Assembly: GCF_902713615.1 (NCBI RefSeq)
Contig: NC_052148.1
Location: forward strand, 20,131,888 to 20,195,887
From: Scyliorhinus canicula
Taxonomy: Eukaryota
DNA length: 64,000 nt
Direction of reading: 5' to 3'
Part shown: in pieces, positions 49,668 through 62,456 of the stretch
Numbering within the stretch: position 1 is the first letter of the stretch
Layout of the letters: each line of letters starts with the position of its first letter
The notes under the pieces: model-generated
The model's input: the letters and a program-made list of their open reading frames with translations, nothing else
The model's database searches: none
What the model was told of the DNA's origin: nothing
Program-made: the position numbers and the translations under genes

Positions 49668-49817
49668 CCGGATTCTTCAGGAGAATGATGATGACTTGAG
49701 GGGTGAATGATGCTTCTCACGTCTCAGCGATGTGTCAGGCAGCAGTCAGACACATCGCTGAGATGAGAGGAGCATCGTTCAGCCCTCACTTCATCATCCT
49801 TCTCCTGAAGAATCCGG
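49668..49817. repeat. 150-nt inverted repeat: 69-bp arms, 8 mismatches, 12-nt loop
   Basis: 49668-49736 aligns without gaps to the reverse complement of 49749-49817. Confidence 0.9.
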
Positions 49818-50129
49818 TCAATGGTGTTAGCACCCTGCCCATGATCTTGAGCACTACCACGTAAACCTACCACTGACACCACATTACTGTAAAGATGTCA
49901 CACTCCATGGTGGGAGAGCTCTTCACTCCCTAGTCCTGCTCGTTCCCAAACTGAGAGGTTATGAGGACGTCCCTAGTTCTTCGTTCCATGCGGGCCCTGG
50001 CCATTGCCCAAGGTTTTCCTTCCCCCTCCCTGGGCTGCCCCTCACCACCCTCTTCAACCTCCTCCTCACCCGAGGAGATTTGTCACTCCCCCATTTCTTC
50101 CAGGTCCAGCTGATCTCCCCTCTGCAGCG

Positions 50130-51200
50130 CCAACTAGTGGAGATCACAGCAGACCGCAATTATGCAGAGCACCCTCTAGGCACTGTACTGGAGGGCGCCC
50201 ACTGACCAGTCCAGGCACCGCAACTGCATCAGTCCGAATGCCTGATTGACTAGCATGCGCATTGATGCAAGAGCCACGTTGTAGCGAGTCACCACAAGTG
50301 TTTGTGGCTGCTGCACTGGCGTTGTTAACAATCTCCTGAGTGAGTACCCCTATCCCTGAGGAGCTATTCCTTCAGCCGCTGCTCTCCCTCAAAAATGTCT
50401 GGGATCTGCGAGTTCTCCAAGATGTAATTGTCATGGACTCTTCCCGGGAAACAGGCACGCCTCTGCATTATGCGCATTGTGTGGTCACAAAAGATCTGGA
50501 CATTGAGGGATGCCTGGCAAATGGGCGAAGCCCATGGCCTTGGCATCCGGGCTCATCTCATCCCAGTCCATGTTTATAAACCAACAGGTTTGTTTCAAAC
50601 ACGAGCTTTCGGAGCACGGATCCTTCTTCAGGTGAGAAGAAGGAGCCTCTCACCTGAAGAAGGAGCCGTGCTCCGAAAGCTCGTGTTTGAAACAAACCTG
50701 TTGGACTTTAACCTGGTGTTGTAAGACTTCTTACTGTGCTCACCCCAGTCCAACGCCGGCATCTCCACATCATGTTTATAAACACGTGGGTACTCGCAAA
50801 AAGGGCATCTATTACTTCCCTTATGCATTTGTGTGCAGCTGACAGGGAAATGCCACATGCGGCACTGGTGCTACCCTGAAATGAGCCACTTGCAGAGGTT
50901 CAGAGCGGCGGTAAGTTTAAGGGCCTTGGGAAGTGGGTGTCCTCCCATTCCATGTGGTGCCAGCTCTTGCAGGACTTGGCAAGATGGTCCACCCATCCCC
51001 TCAGGACAGACACAGTCTTCTCTGACATTGAAGCTCCGATATCTGCAGGTAGGATATCCGGCATCGGAAGGCCCTTTACCGGGAGGGTCACCTACAAGGC
51101 TCCACCATCTGTGATGCTGCTCCCAGAACAGCTATGGGCCCAGCCTCCTCCTCCTCTGCAAGACGCTGGTCCTGGCCGCGTACAGCGACACGTCGTCCCT
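50130..51200 (-). pseudogene. Decayed Harbinger/PIF (HARBI1-like) transposase
   Basis: Fragments LKLTAALN..SGSFQG..CGIS, GFA..AGIPQ and SLNVQIFCDH..FPGRVHD.YIL..LLRDRGY, with stops and frameshifts. Interrupted by the mini-Penelope. Boundaries approximate. Confidence 0.75.
50581..50773. mobile_element. Miniature palindromic Penelope 3'-end insertion with two opposed hammerheads
   Basis: 50581-50637 is inverted with 50648-50704, and the plus arm continues to the element end ...GGCATCTCCACATCAT. Flanked by (CAT)GTTTATAAAC at 50569-50581 and 50771-50783. Nearly identical to the 3' ends of the large palindrome. Confidence 0.92.
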
Positions 51201-51882
51201 CTGCCGCTGCTCGATCGCTATGAGCGGAAGAGCCAATTCAGCTGGCACCGTGATTCTCCAGAATCATACACTGAAAATAAGAGAACGGCAGAGTGAGGGC
51301 TGAGGATTCCTGACAGAGTCCTGATCCTCAGCCCTCCACATCTCCGGGCGTCTAGGACATCCCGCTTGGTGTGTACATGTCGACCTGGCCTTACACCCTC
51401 CCCTCTCACACTATAGTCACTTACCCATAGTTGTTCCTCTCAACTCCACCTGGATGAAGTGCGTGGACCTTCCATGGTCTCAGTGGCACCTTACAAATGA
51501 CCCATCAACCCCCAATCCTGGCATTAGGCGAAATGGCAGTCGAATGGATTCATGAGACCAGTATCTGGATCCTCACGGGAGACCTCAATGGTGGCCCCCG
51601 TCATGACCTTGAATGGGGCAAGTGATGGTGTCACTGTGCAAGCAATTATTTAAGAAACAATTATTTTGCAGCAACGGAAAGCCTGTTAAGTCCTTCTCGG
51701 CAGAGAATGTAAGATTGGCCAAAAATGGTTTGTCTCATCTGGAATTATCTGTTGATTTTCATATTCGATTTCCAAAATGTGGCCTGGCAATTCTGTAAAG
51801 AAAGGTCAAGTTGCAAAGCTCTAATTGTTATCTGGCTCTTCACCATGGACGATGCTATGCCAAACATTACGTTTTCACTTAC

Positions 51883-51958
51883 TGCTGAAAGGGAATAAAA
51901 TGGTGTTTGTCCTCATCACTTTCTGCTTTTCCCTTCAAAATGTCGGTTATGTCCATTG
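51883..51958 (-). CDS. DOCK2: DOCK-A family GEF internal exon (approx. human DOCK2 exon 11): (A)[24 protein letters not shown](Q)
   Basis: 76 bp, ttttgcag acceptor and gtaagt donor. Peptide resembles recalled DOCK2 [24 protein letters not shown]. Phase is compatible with the next exon. DOCK2 versus a DOCK2-like paralog is not resolved. Confidence 0.92.
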
Positions 51959-52111
51959 CTGCAAAAATAAAGTACAACTTGAATTAGAGCGAGCTCCATT
52001 AATATTCCTCTCTCCAGCATTATCCCATCCCTCTAGCCACCCTTTCCCTCCCTGACCCTTCCCAATAGGAAAAAAAACAGCTCAGATCCAGAGTGGACTT
52101 GAGGAAAACGC

Positions 52112-52448
52112 AGGGCAGCACGGTAGCATGCTAAATTGCATAAATGCTTCACAGCTCCAGGGTCCCTGGTTCGGTTCCCGGCTGGGTCACTGTCTGTGCG
52201 GAGTCTGCACGTCCTCCCCGTGTGTGCGTGGGTTTCCTCCGGGTGCTCCGGTTTCCTCCCACAGTCCAAAGATGTGCGGGTTAGGTGGATTGGCCATGTT
52301 AAATTGCCCGTAGTGTCCTAAAAAGTAAGGTTAAGGGGGGGGTTGTTGGGTTACGGGTATAGGGTGGATACGTGCGTTTGAGTAGGGTGATCATTGCTCG
52401 GCACAACATCGAGGGCCGAAGGGCCTGTTCTGTGCTGTACTGTTCTAT
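52112..52448 (+). mobile_element. HE1/V-SINE
   Basis: Near-identical to 4171-4510. Confidence 0.9.
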
Positions 52449-52851
52449 AAAAAAAACAAATTTGACCCAGAAGGTGGTGGGAATCTGGAACTCACTGCCT
52501 GAAAGCGGGGTGGAGGCAGGAACCCTCATAGTATTTAAGAAGTATTTAGATAAACAATTGAAACACCACAACATACAAGGGGCTATGGAAAACATACAAA
52601 GGCTGGAAAATGGCATTAGAATAGATGGGTGCTTGATGGCCAGCACAGATTCGATGGGCCGAAGGTCCTGTGTATTTGTGGAATAGTTGGCGACTGGTGG
52701 GGGAGTTTATTTCCTGGTATCGGAGACAGAACATGAACGTGCAGAAGAGAAAATGTTAATCTAAAGAAGAGAATTCATAGAATTCCTACAGAACAGAAGG
52801 AGGCCATTGGGCCCATTGAGTCTGCACTGACCCTCTGAAAGAATGCCTGGC

Positions 52852-53845
52852 AAACAAAGAACAAAGAACAGTGCAGCACAGGAACAGGCCCTTCGGCTCT
52901 CCAAGCCTGCGCCGATCACATGTTCTATCTAGACCAACCGCCTGTATCCTTCGATACAGTCTGTTCATGTGTCTACCCAGATAAGTGTGAAAGGATGCTA
53001 AAGAGGCTATCTGCCTCAACTACCTCACTTGGCAGTGCATTCCAGGTCACCACCACCCTCTGTGTAAAAACACCTTCCCCGCACATCTCCACTGAACCTA
53101 TCCCCCCTCCCCTTGAACGTGTCCCTTGTAATTGTCACTTCCGCCCTGAGAAAAAGCCTCCAACTGTTCACCCTATCGATAACCCTCATAATTTTATAAA
53201 CTTCTATCAGGTCGCCCCTCAGCCTCCGTCTGTCGAGGGAGAACAATCCCAGTTTATTCAATCTCTCTTCATAGCTAATACCCTCCACACCAGACAGCTT
53301 CCTGGTAAACCTTTCTGTACTCTCTCCAAAGCCTCCACGTCCTTCTGGTAGTGTGGTGACGAGAATTGGGACACAGTATTCTAAATGTGGCCTAACCAAC
53401 GTTCTATATAACTGTAACATAATTTGCGAGCTTTTAGACTCGATACCCCGTCCGATGAACCATGTCATATGCTTTCTTTACCACCATTTCCACCTGTGCT
53501 GCCAATTTTAAGGATCTGTGGGCCTGCAAGCCCAGATCTCTCTGTGTCTCTATGCTCCTGATGGTTCTGCCATTGATTTTCTAGTTCCCACCTGAATTGG
53601 ATCGACCAAAATCCATCACTCGCATTTGTCCGGGCTAAATTCCATCTGCCATTTTTCTACCCAATTTTGCAGCCTATCTATATCCTGTTGTATTCTCTGA
53701 CAATCTTCATCACTATCTGCAACTCCTGCAATCTTAGTATCATCTGCTAATCAGACCTGCGACGTTTTCTTCCAAGTCATTTGTATATATTGCAAAGAGC
53801 AGAGGTCCCAGTATTGATCCCAGCTGAACACCACTAGTTACAGGC
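52852..53845 (-). mobile_element. CR1 3' fragment
   Basis: ORF 53025-53468 with LVRPHLEYCV..LGLFSLDRRRLRGDLIEVYK, and GVQLGSILGPLLFAIY at 53740-53845. Confidence 0.85.
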
Positions 53846-54513
53846 TCTATTCGGAAAAACCAAATCGAGGCCCACTCCCCCACCCTATCCCCTGCAACCC
53901 ACCGAACCTGCACATCTTTGAACTGTGGGAGGAAACCAGAGCATCCGGAGGAAAACCACGCAGACACAGGGAGAACGTGCAGACTCTATACAGTCACCCA
54001 GCGTCAGAATTGAACCCGGTCCGTGGTGCTGTGAGGCAGCAGTACAAACCACTGTGCCACCATGCAGCCCAGAAGCCTTGTAGCTTGTAGCACACTGAAA
54101 ATGACTTTTAGATTAGCTCGATGACTTTCTCAAATTTTCAGCTGATTAGAGTGGAGGCGTGAAGCAACTTGGGGATGTGCACTGCTGTATCTCTATTATC
54201 CCACCATTTACCTGTACATGAACATGGAGCTTACATTGAGGTGAGGTGAAAATGTGGGAAACACAGCTCCAGGCTTCATACAATATAAAGTCCTCCCAGT
54301 CCATCATCCTGTCCTTTACGGACGTTTATTGGCCCCTTCAGTATTAAATTTAGTATTCCTATCCTGGTTCATAAATCCCTCCTAGTCCTCTCACCCCACT
54401 GTGTATTTTCTTTTACTCATTTAGGGGATGTGGGTGTCCGTGCTAGGCCAGCATTTATTGTCCATCATTAAGTGTCCTTGGGAAGATGGTGGTCTTGAAC
54501 TGTTACTGACGGG

Positions 54514-56197
54514 TTAGCTGGTTGATACCATTGAGTGTCTTGCTTGGTGTTGTGCATTCATGTCTGTTCCTGGTTGAAACAAGGTCACATTAAACAGTTT
54601 GCTGCATGTCCAGCTTTTGCACATCAAAGACAATTTCGAACCAATGTCTGTATTCGGGTCGAAGTCGACATTATATGGATTCTGGTGCTCCAACAATGGT
54701 TGGGCTTCCTTAGCTGGTAATTTCATAGCGATTGCGATTTCTACAGCTTCTTTAGGTTTAAATTGCATTCTGTTAACAGCCTTGTTTGGGCAGTTTCACT
54801 TCTTAACCCACACACTAGTCTGTCTCTAATGATGTCATTCAAGACATCTCCAAATTCACAAGAGTTCAGCTAATTTCTTCAAAGTAGCTGCGAATGATGT
54901 GATTGATTCACCTTCTTGTTGGTTACGCTTATCGTTACAAGAATCTCTCGGCGATGGCCAAAGGTTTAGGTGAGATGTGGTCCTGCAATGTCTCCACAAT
55001 CTCATCATAGGTTTTCGAGCCTGGTTTTTCTGCTGCACCAGACTTGGTCAGAGGTTGAATGTTCCCCCCTCCCCCACATTGTACTCAGGAAAGTTGGGAC
55101 ATCGATTCCCACCATTTTTACTATGGAAAGGGCTTGCATAAGCACGATGTGCTATGAACTTTTTAGCACTACCTTGCTTCTTTTGTCAAACAAGGTACCC
55201 CTGAGCTCAGCCTGTTTCCTTCTGAGTTTGAAACACCTCCAACGCTAAGCGATTATTGAGGATCCCCCTACTGTTCCAGGTCTTTTTGGGAAGAGCACGG
55301 GGCGAGCTTCTTTTCAATGTTGTTTTCTCCAAAAGCTAGATTTACATTGCAGTTCCTTCGATGGTATGGATATTTGGCACCCCTTCCGTCGCCAGCGTCG
55401 GAACAGTGATGAATTTAGCTTCCTAATCCTTTTCGGGTGGCTGCCCACGGGTCGGCGATTTTTCTATAGTTTGTTTTTATTCTCTGGGGGGTCTGGCCAG
55501 GTGGTTCCAACCTCCTCATCGCCAGTTTCATGTCGCATTTTTAAAGGAAAGGCTTGAAAACTGCAATGGAACAAACAAACAAGAACTGCCTTCCCACTTC
55601 AAGGACCTTAGGATATACTTTCTCAGTCAAAGTCACAAGGTAAACTGGGTGCCGTTGCTGGTTGTCACTGTTTCCTGAGTTGTAACTATATGGATTTAAC
55701 AGGTCACTCCGTGGGTACCATGTTTTGTTATGCTCTTGACGTAGCATAAGCTGCTTCCTTGATGTGCACTCTGACAAAGGAAGTTTCAGACTTGGAGATA
55801 GCTTCAACACATTTATTAAGCTATTAACAATTCTCCTACTTGGATTCGTCTCTCCCGTTAATCCTGCTATAGCTACTCAGACTGACGAACCAGTCTGCTA
55901 CAATCCAGGTGGTGGGTATGATGTGTTTCAAATCAACCCTGTGTACACACTGAGTGTCTCCACCGGAAAGAGGAAGATCATGTGTGCTGAGTCCTTTTTA
56001 TACGGGTTGGTGTAATGCCCTCCTGTGGTGGTGTCACCTCTGTGTGTATCATGAATGCCCATTGGTCGTGTCCTATCTTACTGACCTGTTGGTTGAATGC
56101 CTGTGTGTCATGTCTCTGGTGCTCCCTCTAGTGTCTATCTAGTCTACACGTATTTACATTAACCCCTTGTGTATTTACAGTGATGCATATCACCACA
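54514..56197 (-). mobile_element. Gypsy-like LTR retrotransposon relic: 5' LTR (55721-56197), PBS and decayed gag
   Basis: Minus strand reads TGTGGTG...AAAACA, immediately followed by TGGTACC (PBS-like). Gag-like peptides RNQQEGESITSFAATLKKLAE and AVEIAIAM. Inner boundary approximate. Confidence 0.7.
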
Positions 56198-58045
56198 ATG
56201 TGATTTGAACATTTACTGTCAGTCCACTACATTGTCCAGGACATAAGGGGCCCAGCTAAAATGTTATTGATCTCTCTCTACACTTCAACCATGGGAGGAT
56301 GCAGCACAGAAGGGGAGCCATTCAGCCCAGCCTGCCTGTGCTAGCCCCTTGAAGGGGCTGCCCTAAATGCTGACTGATTGCCATCCATTTCTGCAATTTT
56401 TCTCTCGTCTGGATACAGAGCTTTCAGAGTTTTGTTTCCTCCCCTGAGTAGCATTGAGGTTGCTACCTGCGCAGCATGCAGATTTTCCCTGCCTCGGCAC
56501 TTCTGCTTTATGCAACTCTGGGCTGATAATCAAAGTTAAAGAATAGAGCAATCTGGATGGAGCAGGGCTGATAAATCTGATGTGAATAAGAGCAACATGA
56601 TTAGACTAGGGGATGGGAATAAGCAGCGGGAATATAAAATGAACAGTGGAGGGTTACAGATATAATGGAGAAGCTAGATTATATCGCACACTAAAGCACC
56701 AGTGCGTGAATCTAAATTAATTCAAAATGAATTTTAAAAATTAATGCAAAATTTAAATTGATACCAAATTGAATATTGTAACAGAAATTAGTCTGCACTC
56801 ATCCATCTGCCCAGCTCAGTTTGGTAGCTCACTTGCTTATGAGTTAGAAGGTTATCGGTTCAAATTCCACAGCTAAACTTCTGTCCATTTTCCATGCTGA
56901 TATTTCGGGGCAGGACTGAGGGAGTGCTGGAGGTGACAGTGAAGAAATTAAAATTCAACCCAGGATCTAGCCTCGCTTGGAGCTTGCGAGTCTTATAATC
57001 AGATTTTGTCTGCTTCCACGATACCAAAAGCCCCAAATTTCTTGAGGAGCAACAACAGGAAGAAAGCCAAATGGATCTTTGTTTTGAAGACAACTATCAT
57101 TCCTATGCTGCAACGGTCCCCATTGATTAATTTTGGTGATTTAGGGCATAATGGTAAATTGCTCATCCTTCAAAGCGCTGATAAACTGCGGCAGGGGAGC
57201 CTCTTGATTGAGTCAGAGCCCATGTCAACTCAAACCCCAATGCAGATTGTGTCCCGTGACACAATCTGACCAATGGACAGGGCGTTGAGTAATGGAAGAT
57301 AAAATACTTTTGAGTAGAATTTTACAGTCCTATGCTGGTGGGTTTCAATGTGCCAGGGAAGCTCACTGAATACAGTGACCTACCCACTGATACCCACCCT
57401 CCCTGTGAGGAAACGTCAGATAGCCTGCCCACCCTTCGACCGACGGAGGCAATTATGTGGCCATTTAATGACCTTTTAATTACCTTACCAAAACCCCCCA
57501 AAACCAATTGATCTGCCGCTGAGGGAGGTTTATGCCAAGTAAATAGCTGGTGGCTTTAGCTGCATGGGCTGGTGTCAGGAAAGTGGCAGCCATTGGCCGT
57601 CCCCCTATGGCCATCAGATTCACTCTCACCCCCAAAGATCATTCCCCCCCCCCCCCCACCCCCTACGTTCCTGATCCTACTCAAAGCCACTCAAAATCGG
57701 CACCTGAGTTCCCCTCGTTGAAGCCAGACCCCGCATATCCCAGGTTCACCTGAATTCTGGCCTCCATCAGATTCTCTGCTTCGCGGACCGGCTGCGTTCA
57801 CACCACTGGTCACTGCCGGAGTACACAGCTAGCAGCCATTCTGCCATCCAAATCATCCTACCCATTGTATTTTTATAGCGTCATTCTCAAACTCAGCTCA
57901 AAGCACTGATAGCAATTGAAGTATTTGTCAGCGGTTGTCATGTAGGAAATCCAGCAGCCAATTTGAACACAGCATGGGTGCACAAACAGCAATATGAGAA
58001 TGGCCAGATCATTTGTTGGCATTGCTGGCTGGGCCAGTACATATT

Positions 58046-58315
58046 TGTGGTAGTATGACGAGGGGTATTACGGTACCTGGGAGTGTGAACTGCCATTGGT
58101 GCAGAGGACTCACTGCCCATCGGCCCAGGTATCATGTGCCTCTTATCCCTATTGGCTAAGAGGAAGGTAGCTCCGCCTATGAGGCGGGGTATAAGAACCC
58201 GTGTTCCCCGGCAGCTAGCCATTTTCCTGTACGTCTGCTGCCGAGCTCACTTCTTGCTAATTAAAGCCTTTCGTTCAGACTTCACCTACGTTTCGTGTCC
58301 ATTGATTGTGCTTCA
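58046..58315 (+). mobile_element. Solo LTR
   Basis: TG...CA ends with exact 5-bp TSD ATATT, plus TATAAG and ATTAAA. Confidence 0.85.
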
Positions 58316-61271
58316 ATATTGTCTAACCCTAATTGCCCATGAGGGGGTATCTTGAGTCAACCACATTGCTGTTTGTCTGGATTCACATGTAGGCCAGACC
58401 AGGTAAGGACGACAGATTTTCTTCCCGAATAATAATTATAATAACCCTTTATTGTCACAGGTATGAAGTTACTCTGAAAAGCCCTCAGTCGCCACATTGC
58501 GACGCCTGTTCGGGTAAGCTGATATGGGAATTGAACCCGAGCTACTGGTCTTGTTCTGCATCACAAACCGCTGTTTAGCCCACTGAGCTAAACCAGCCCA
58601 AAAGGACATTAGCGAACCAAATGGGTTTTACAACAATAGACATGGTCAGAATTACTTTTCATTCGAGATTTTTATTCAATTCAAACATCACTGTCTTCCA
58701 TGGTGGGATTTGAACCTGGGTCCCCAGATTCTTGTCCAGTGACAATACTACTAAAACACTGCCTCACCTTTCCGTGATATTGGATGAGGGACAAATACTG
58801 ACCAGGTGGTAAATCCACTCCTTTTTCTTCTAAATTGTGCTACAATTACTCTGAAATCCACTTGAGATGGAAGACAGAACCTGGGCTGCATATCCCATCG
58901 GAATATGCCACCTCTGTAAATGTTGCCAGGGACCTGGGTTCAATTCCAGCCTTGGGTGACTGTCTGTGTGGGGTTTGCATGTTTTTCCCTCATCTGCATG
59001 TGTTTCCCCAGGCGCTGTTGATTCCTTCACCAGTCCAAAGATGTGCAGGTTAGGTGGATTGGCCATGGTAAATTGCCCCTCAGTGTCCATGGATGTACAG
59101 GTCAAGTTACGGGGATGGGGCAGGGGAGTGAGCGCTTTCGACGGGTCATTGCAGACTCAATAGGCAGACTGGCCTCCTTCTACATGTAAGAATTTTATGG
59201 AAAACATGAACTGAATTAGGAGAATTCAGATTCTGTGAGGTATTTGTAAAACGAGGAGACAATTGAACTGAAAGAAATCAGTTTGCAAGCTTTGTTTTTC
59301 ATTGATAGACCCTCTGGTTTTATTCACCTGTCCATCAGCTATCAGTGTGTTATTCATACCCTTTGGATTCAGAAGCATACTTCAATCAAGTTAGTTGAAG
59401 AATGTTTTTCATCCTATACCTTTGCCAGCATCATTAGTTATTCTGTTCAAGTCTGAATCCTCATAAACTTTTCAAGTGGTAGCTGTTTTATGATCAATGT
59501 CCCATTCTTGAGAACATAAGTATAAAATAGTTGCGGCTGATTTTTCATTTCAGTTTGATTCTAGATTTCGCTGATATAAGAGAAGCAAGCTGCAACATAA
59601 TTAGGCAGCATAGCGGCAAGATAGTAATCTCCGACAACCCTCTATGCATATTCAGAGCACTTTTGATGCAGTTGGATGTTCCAAAGCACTTCAGAGGAGT
59701 GTAATCCAACAAGGCTTGTTGGAAAAGGAGGAGCTAAAGGAGGAGAATTGACCAAAAGCTGAGTCATAGGGATAGGTTTTATACGGCATCTTAAAGGGAG
59801 AGAGAACAGCAACGTTTGGGTCGGGAATTCCAGAGCATGAGGTGAGGACCGCTGATGTCCGGCTGTGAAGATAATGGAAGGAAAGGAGTGGACGAGAGAC
59901 CAGAATCCCAGGAGTACAGGGATCGTGGAGGGTTGTAGGGCTGGTGGAGGTTACAGAACATGTAAGGGGTGTAGGAGTTAGAGGTGATGGTGAGGGATAC
60001 GGGCATGAAGGATTTGAATGAAAGGAGAAGAATTTTTAATTTGAGATGGTAGTCTTTTTTTTGCATCCACGTATGGAATGTGGGCTTCACTGGTGAGGCC
60101 AGCATTTATTACCCATCCCTAATTGCCCCTGAGAAGGTGGTGGTGAGCTGCCTTCTTCAACCACTGCAGTCCCTGTGGCGTCGCTACACCCACAATGCTG
60201 TTAGTGAGGGAATTCCTGGATTTTGACCCAGCGACAGTGATGGAAAGGTGATATATTTCCAAGTCAGGAAGGTGTGCGGATTGGCAGGGGAACCTGTAGG
60301 TGGCTGCGTTTACTGCTCTTGTCCTTCTAGATATTAGTGGTCATTGGCATGGAAGGTGGTGCTGTCTTAGGAGCCTGGGTGAGTTATTGCAGTGCATCTT
60401 GTAATCTAAAGGGTACAGGTAGCCTCCACTCTACTATCAATATCGGCCCTTGCGTCACTTAAATTTTTAAGGCTTCCTCATCCTTTTAGTTTACTGTAAT
60501 ATGAGAGCAGTTGCAATGTAACTCACTGAATAACATACATCATGATTATTTATTTTATCCTTCCAACAGTCCTTCTGCAAGCTTATTTTTATTTAGTGCT
60601 TCAACTATACAGCTCAAGAGTTTCCTGGCTTGATGCATTTGCGTAGGGCAGAGTAATCTCTTTCACAGCTTGGCATTTCATTCCAATATTTCTGCGTACC
60701 TACTCTCCCTACATGTCTCTTCCATCTCTCTTTCTCTCTTTCTGTCTCTCGCAGTTCACCCAAGACCCCAAGCGGTCTTTGCTCAGCAATCCAACATTAC
60801 TGTGCACCGTAGGTGGGACTTAACAGCCCCAGTGTTAATAATTGTGTGCAGGCTTTCCTTTGATGTCCTCTCCACTTGCCATCTCCTTGAGTAGACAAGG
60901 CCAATATTCCCTGGAGTTAAGAAAAATTAGCTGTGATCTCACTGAAACATGTAAAGTTCTTGGGGGGCCAAGCAGGCCAGAGGTGAGAACATGTTTCCTC
61001 AGGCAAGGCAATGTAGAAGAGGAAACGAGGAAGCAAGCTGTGATGGATTGGAACTTTGCATTGGTTTGAGGGTCGATGAGGGGTATTCATGTGAGGGGTG
61101 ACGGCCAGGGTTTAAGGGGCATACATAGGGGAAGGGAAATCTGCATGGGTAACACTTTGCTGGGAGGGGTACTCTGGTGCATGGGCCTCTCCCATAGCTG
61201 GCTAAACACTGGATATAGTGAGAAGAGGCCCTTAAATGGGCATAAATCGCCAGTTTGGGCTACAAGTGGAC

Positions 61272-61599
61272 AGGGTGGCATGGTAGCACAATGGTTACCA
61301 CTGTTGCCTCACAGCTCCAGGGTCCCAGGTTCGATTCCCGGCTTGGTTCCCTGTCTGTGTGGAGTCTGTATGTTCTCCCCGTGTCTGCGTGGGTTTCCTC
61401 CGGCTTCCTCTCACAGTCCAAAGATGTGCAGGTTAGGTGGATTGGCCATGCTAAATTGCCCCTTAGTGTCCAAAGGTTAGATGGGGCTATTGGGTTATGG
61501 GGATAGGCTGGAGGTGTGGGCTTAAGTAGGGTGCTCTTTGCAAGAGCCGGTGCAGACTCAATGGGCCGAATGGCCTCCTTCTGCACTGTAAATTCTATG
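61272..61599 (+). mobile_element. HE1/V-SINE variant
   Basis: Head, V-domain and tail. Further decayed copies at ~6610-6912(-), ~53880-54066(-) and ~58920-59200(+). Confidence 0.85.
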
Positions 61600-62333
61600 A
61601 GGGCTAGAAACTATGATGGGGAGAACATTCTATTTAGCAAGTTCGCCCCATCAGCAGGGGAGCACTAAATCCAGTCCCACGTCTCTGATTTACTCATCCA
61701 CGCCTATGGAGTATTAGCCAACAATATAACCGCGATGTTACCACACCCACATGCCGTGCGCACTGTTTGCTTTGTGTTTTACTTTCTTCCAAGAATTTGA
61801 CCATAATGTCAATATTCCTTTCAGCTCACTTAACGTAGTTGTGTCTGTAAACAATGCATAATTAGTTTTGCAACTACAGTGGGGCCCCCCACATGCCTAT
61901 AGAGGGCAGCAAGGGGGAAATAAACAAGAAATCATTGGATGTCACTAACTAATTCTTCCAATATTGATCACCAGATATGAGCGGACCATATATAAGCTCT
62001 TAAAAATGGAGCTAAGAATAACTAGAGCGTCTAACTGAACAATACATTTGCCACTAAGGTGGTCTTAGTATGTGGCTGCTGTGCTTTCTATTAAAGCCAC
62101 AGTTGATTAATGAATGAAGCAGTGGATAGATAGGTGCTTGATGGCTGGCACTGACATGATGGACTGAAGGGCCTTTATCTGTGCTGTAATGGGCAGGGTG
62201 GGTACAGAGGGATATGGGCCAAATGCGGGCAAGTGGGACTAGCTTAGTGATAGAAACTGGGCAGCATGGACAAGCTGGGCTGAAGGGCCTGTATCCATGC
62301 TGTAAACATCTATGACTCTATGACTATAGAAAC

Positions 62334-62456
62334 TCGTCCAACCTGCGGGCACACCAGAGAGTCCACACTGGGGAGAGGCCATTTATCTGCTCTGTTTGTG
62401 GGAAGGAATTCACTCGGTCAGAACCTCTGCTGACCCATCAGCATGTTCACAAGTGA
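62334..62456 (+). pseudogene. Isolated C2H2 zinc-finger gene 3' fragment: [40 protein letters not shown]
   Basis: Canonical HTGERPF linker and CxxC..HxxxH finger, ending in TGA. No upstream ORF; begins right after a CR1-type tail. Confidence 0.85.
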
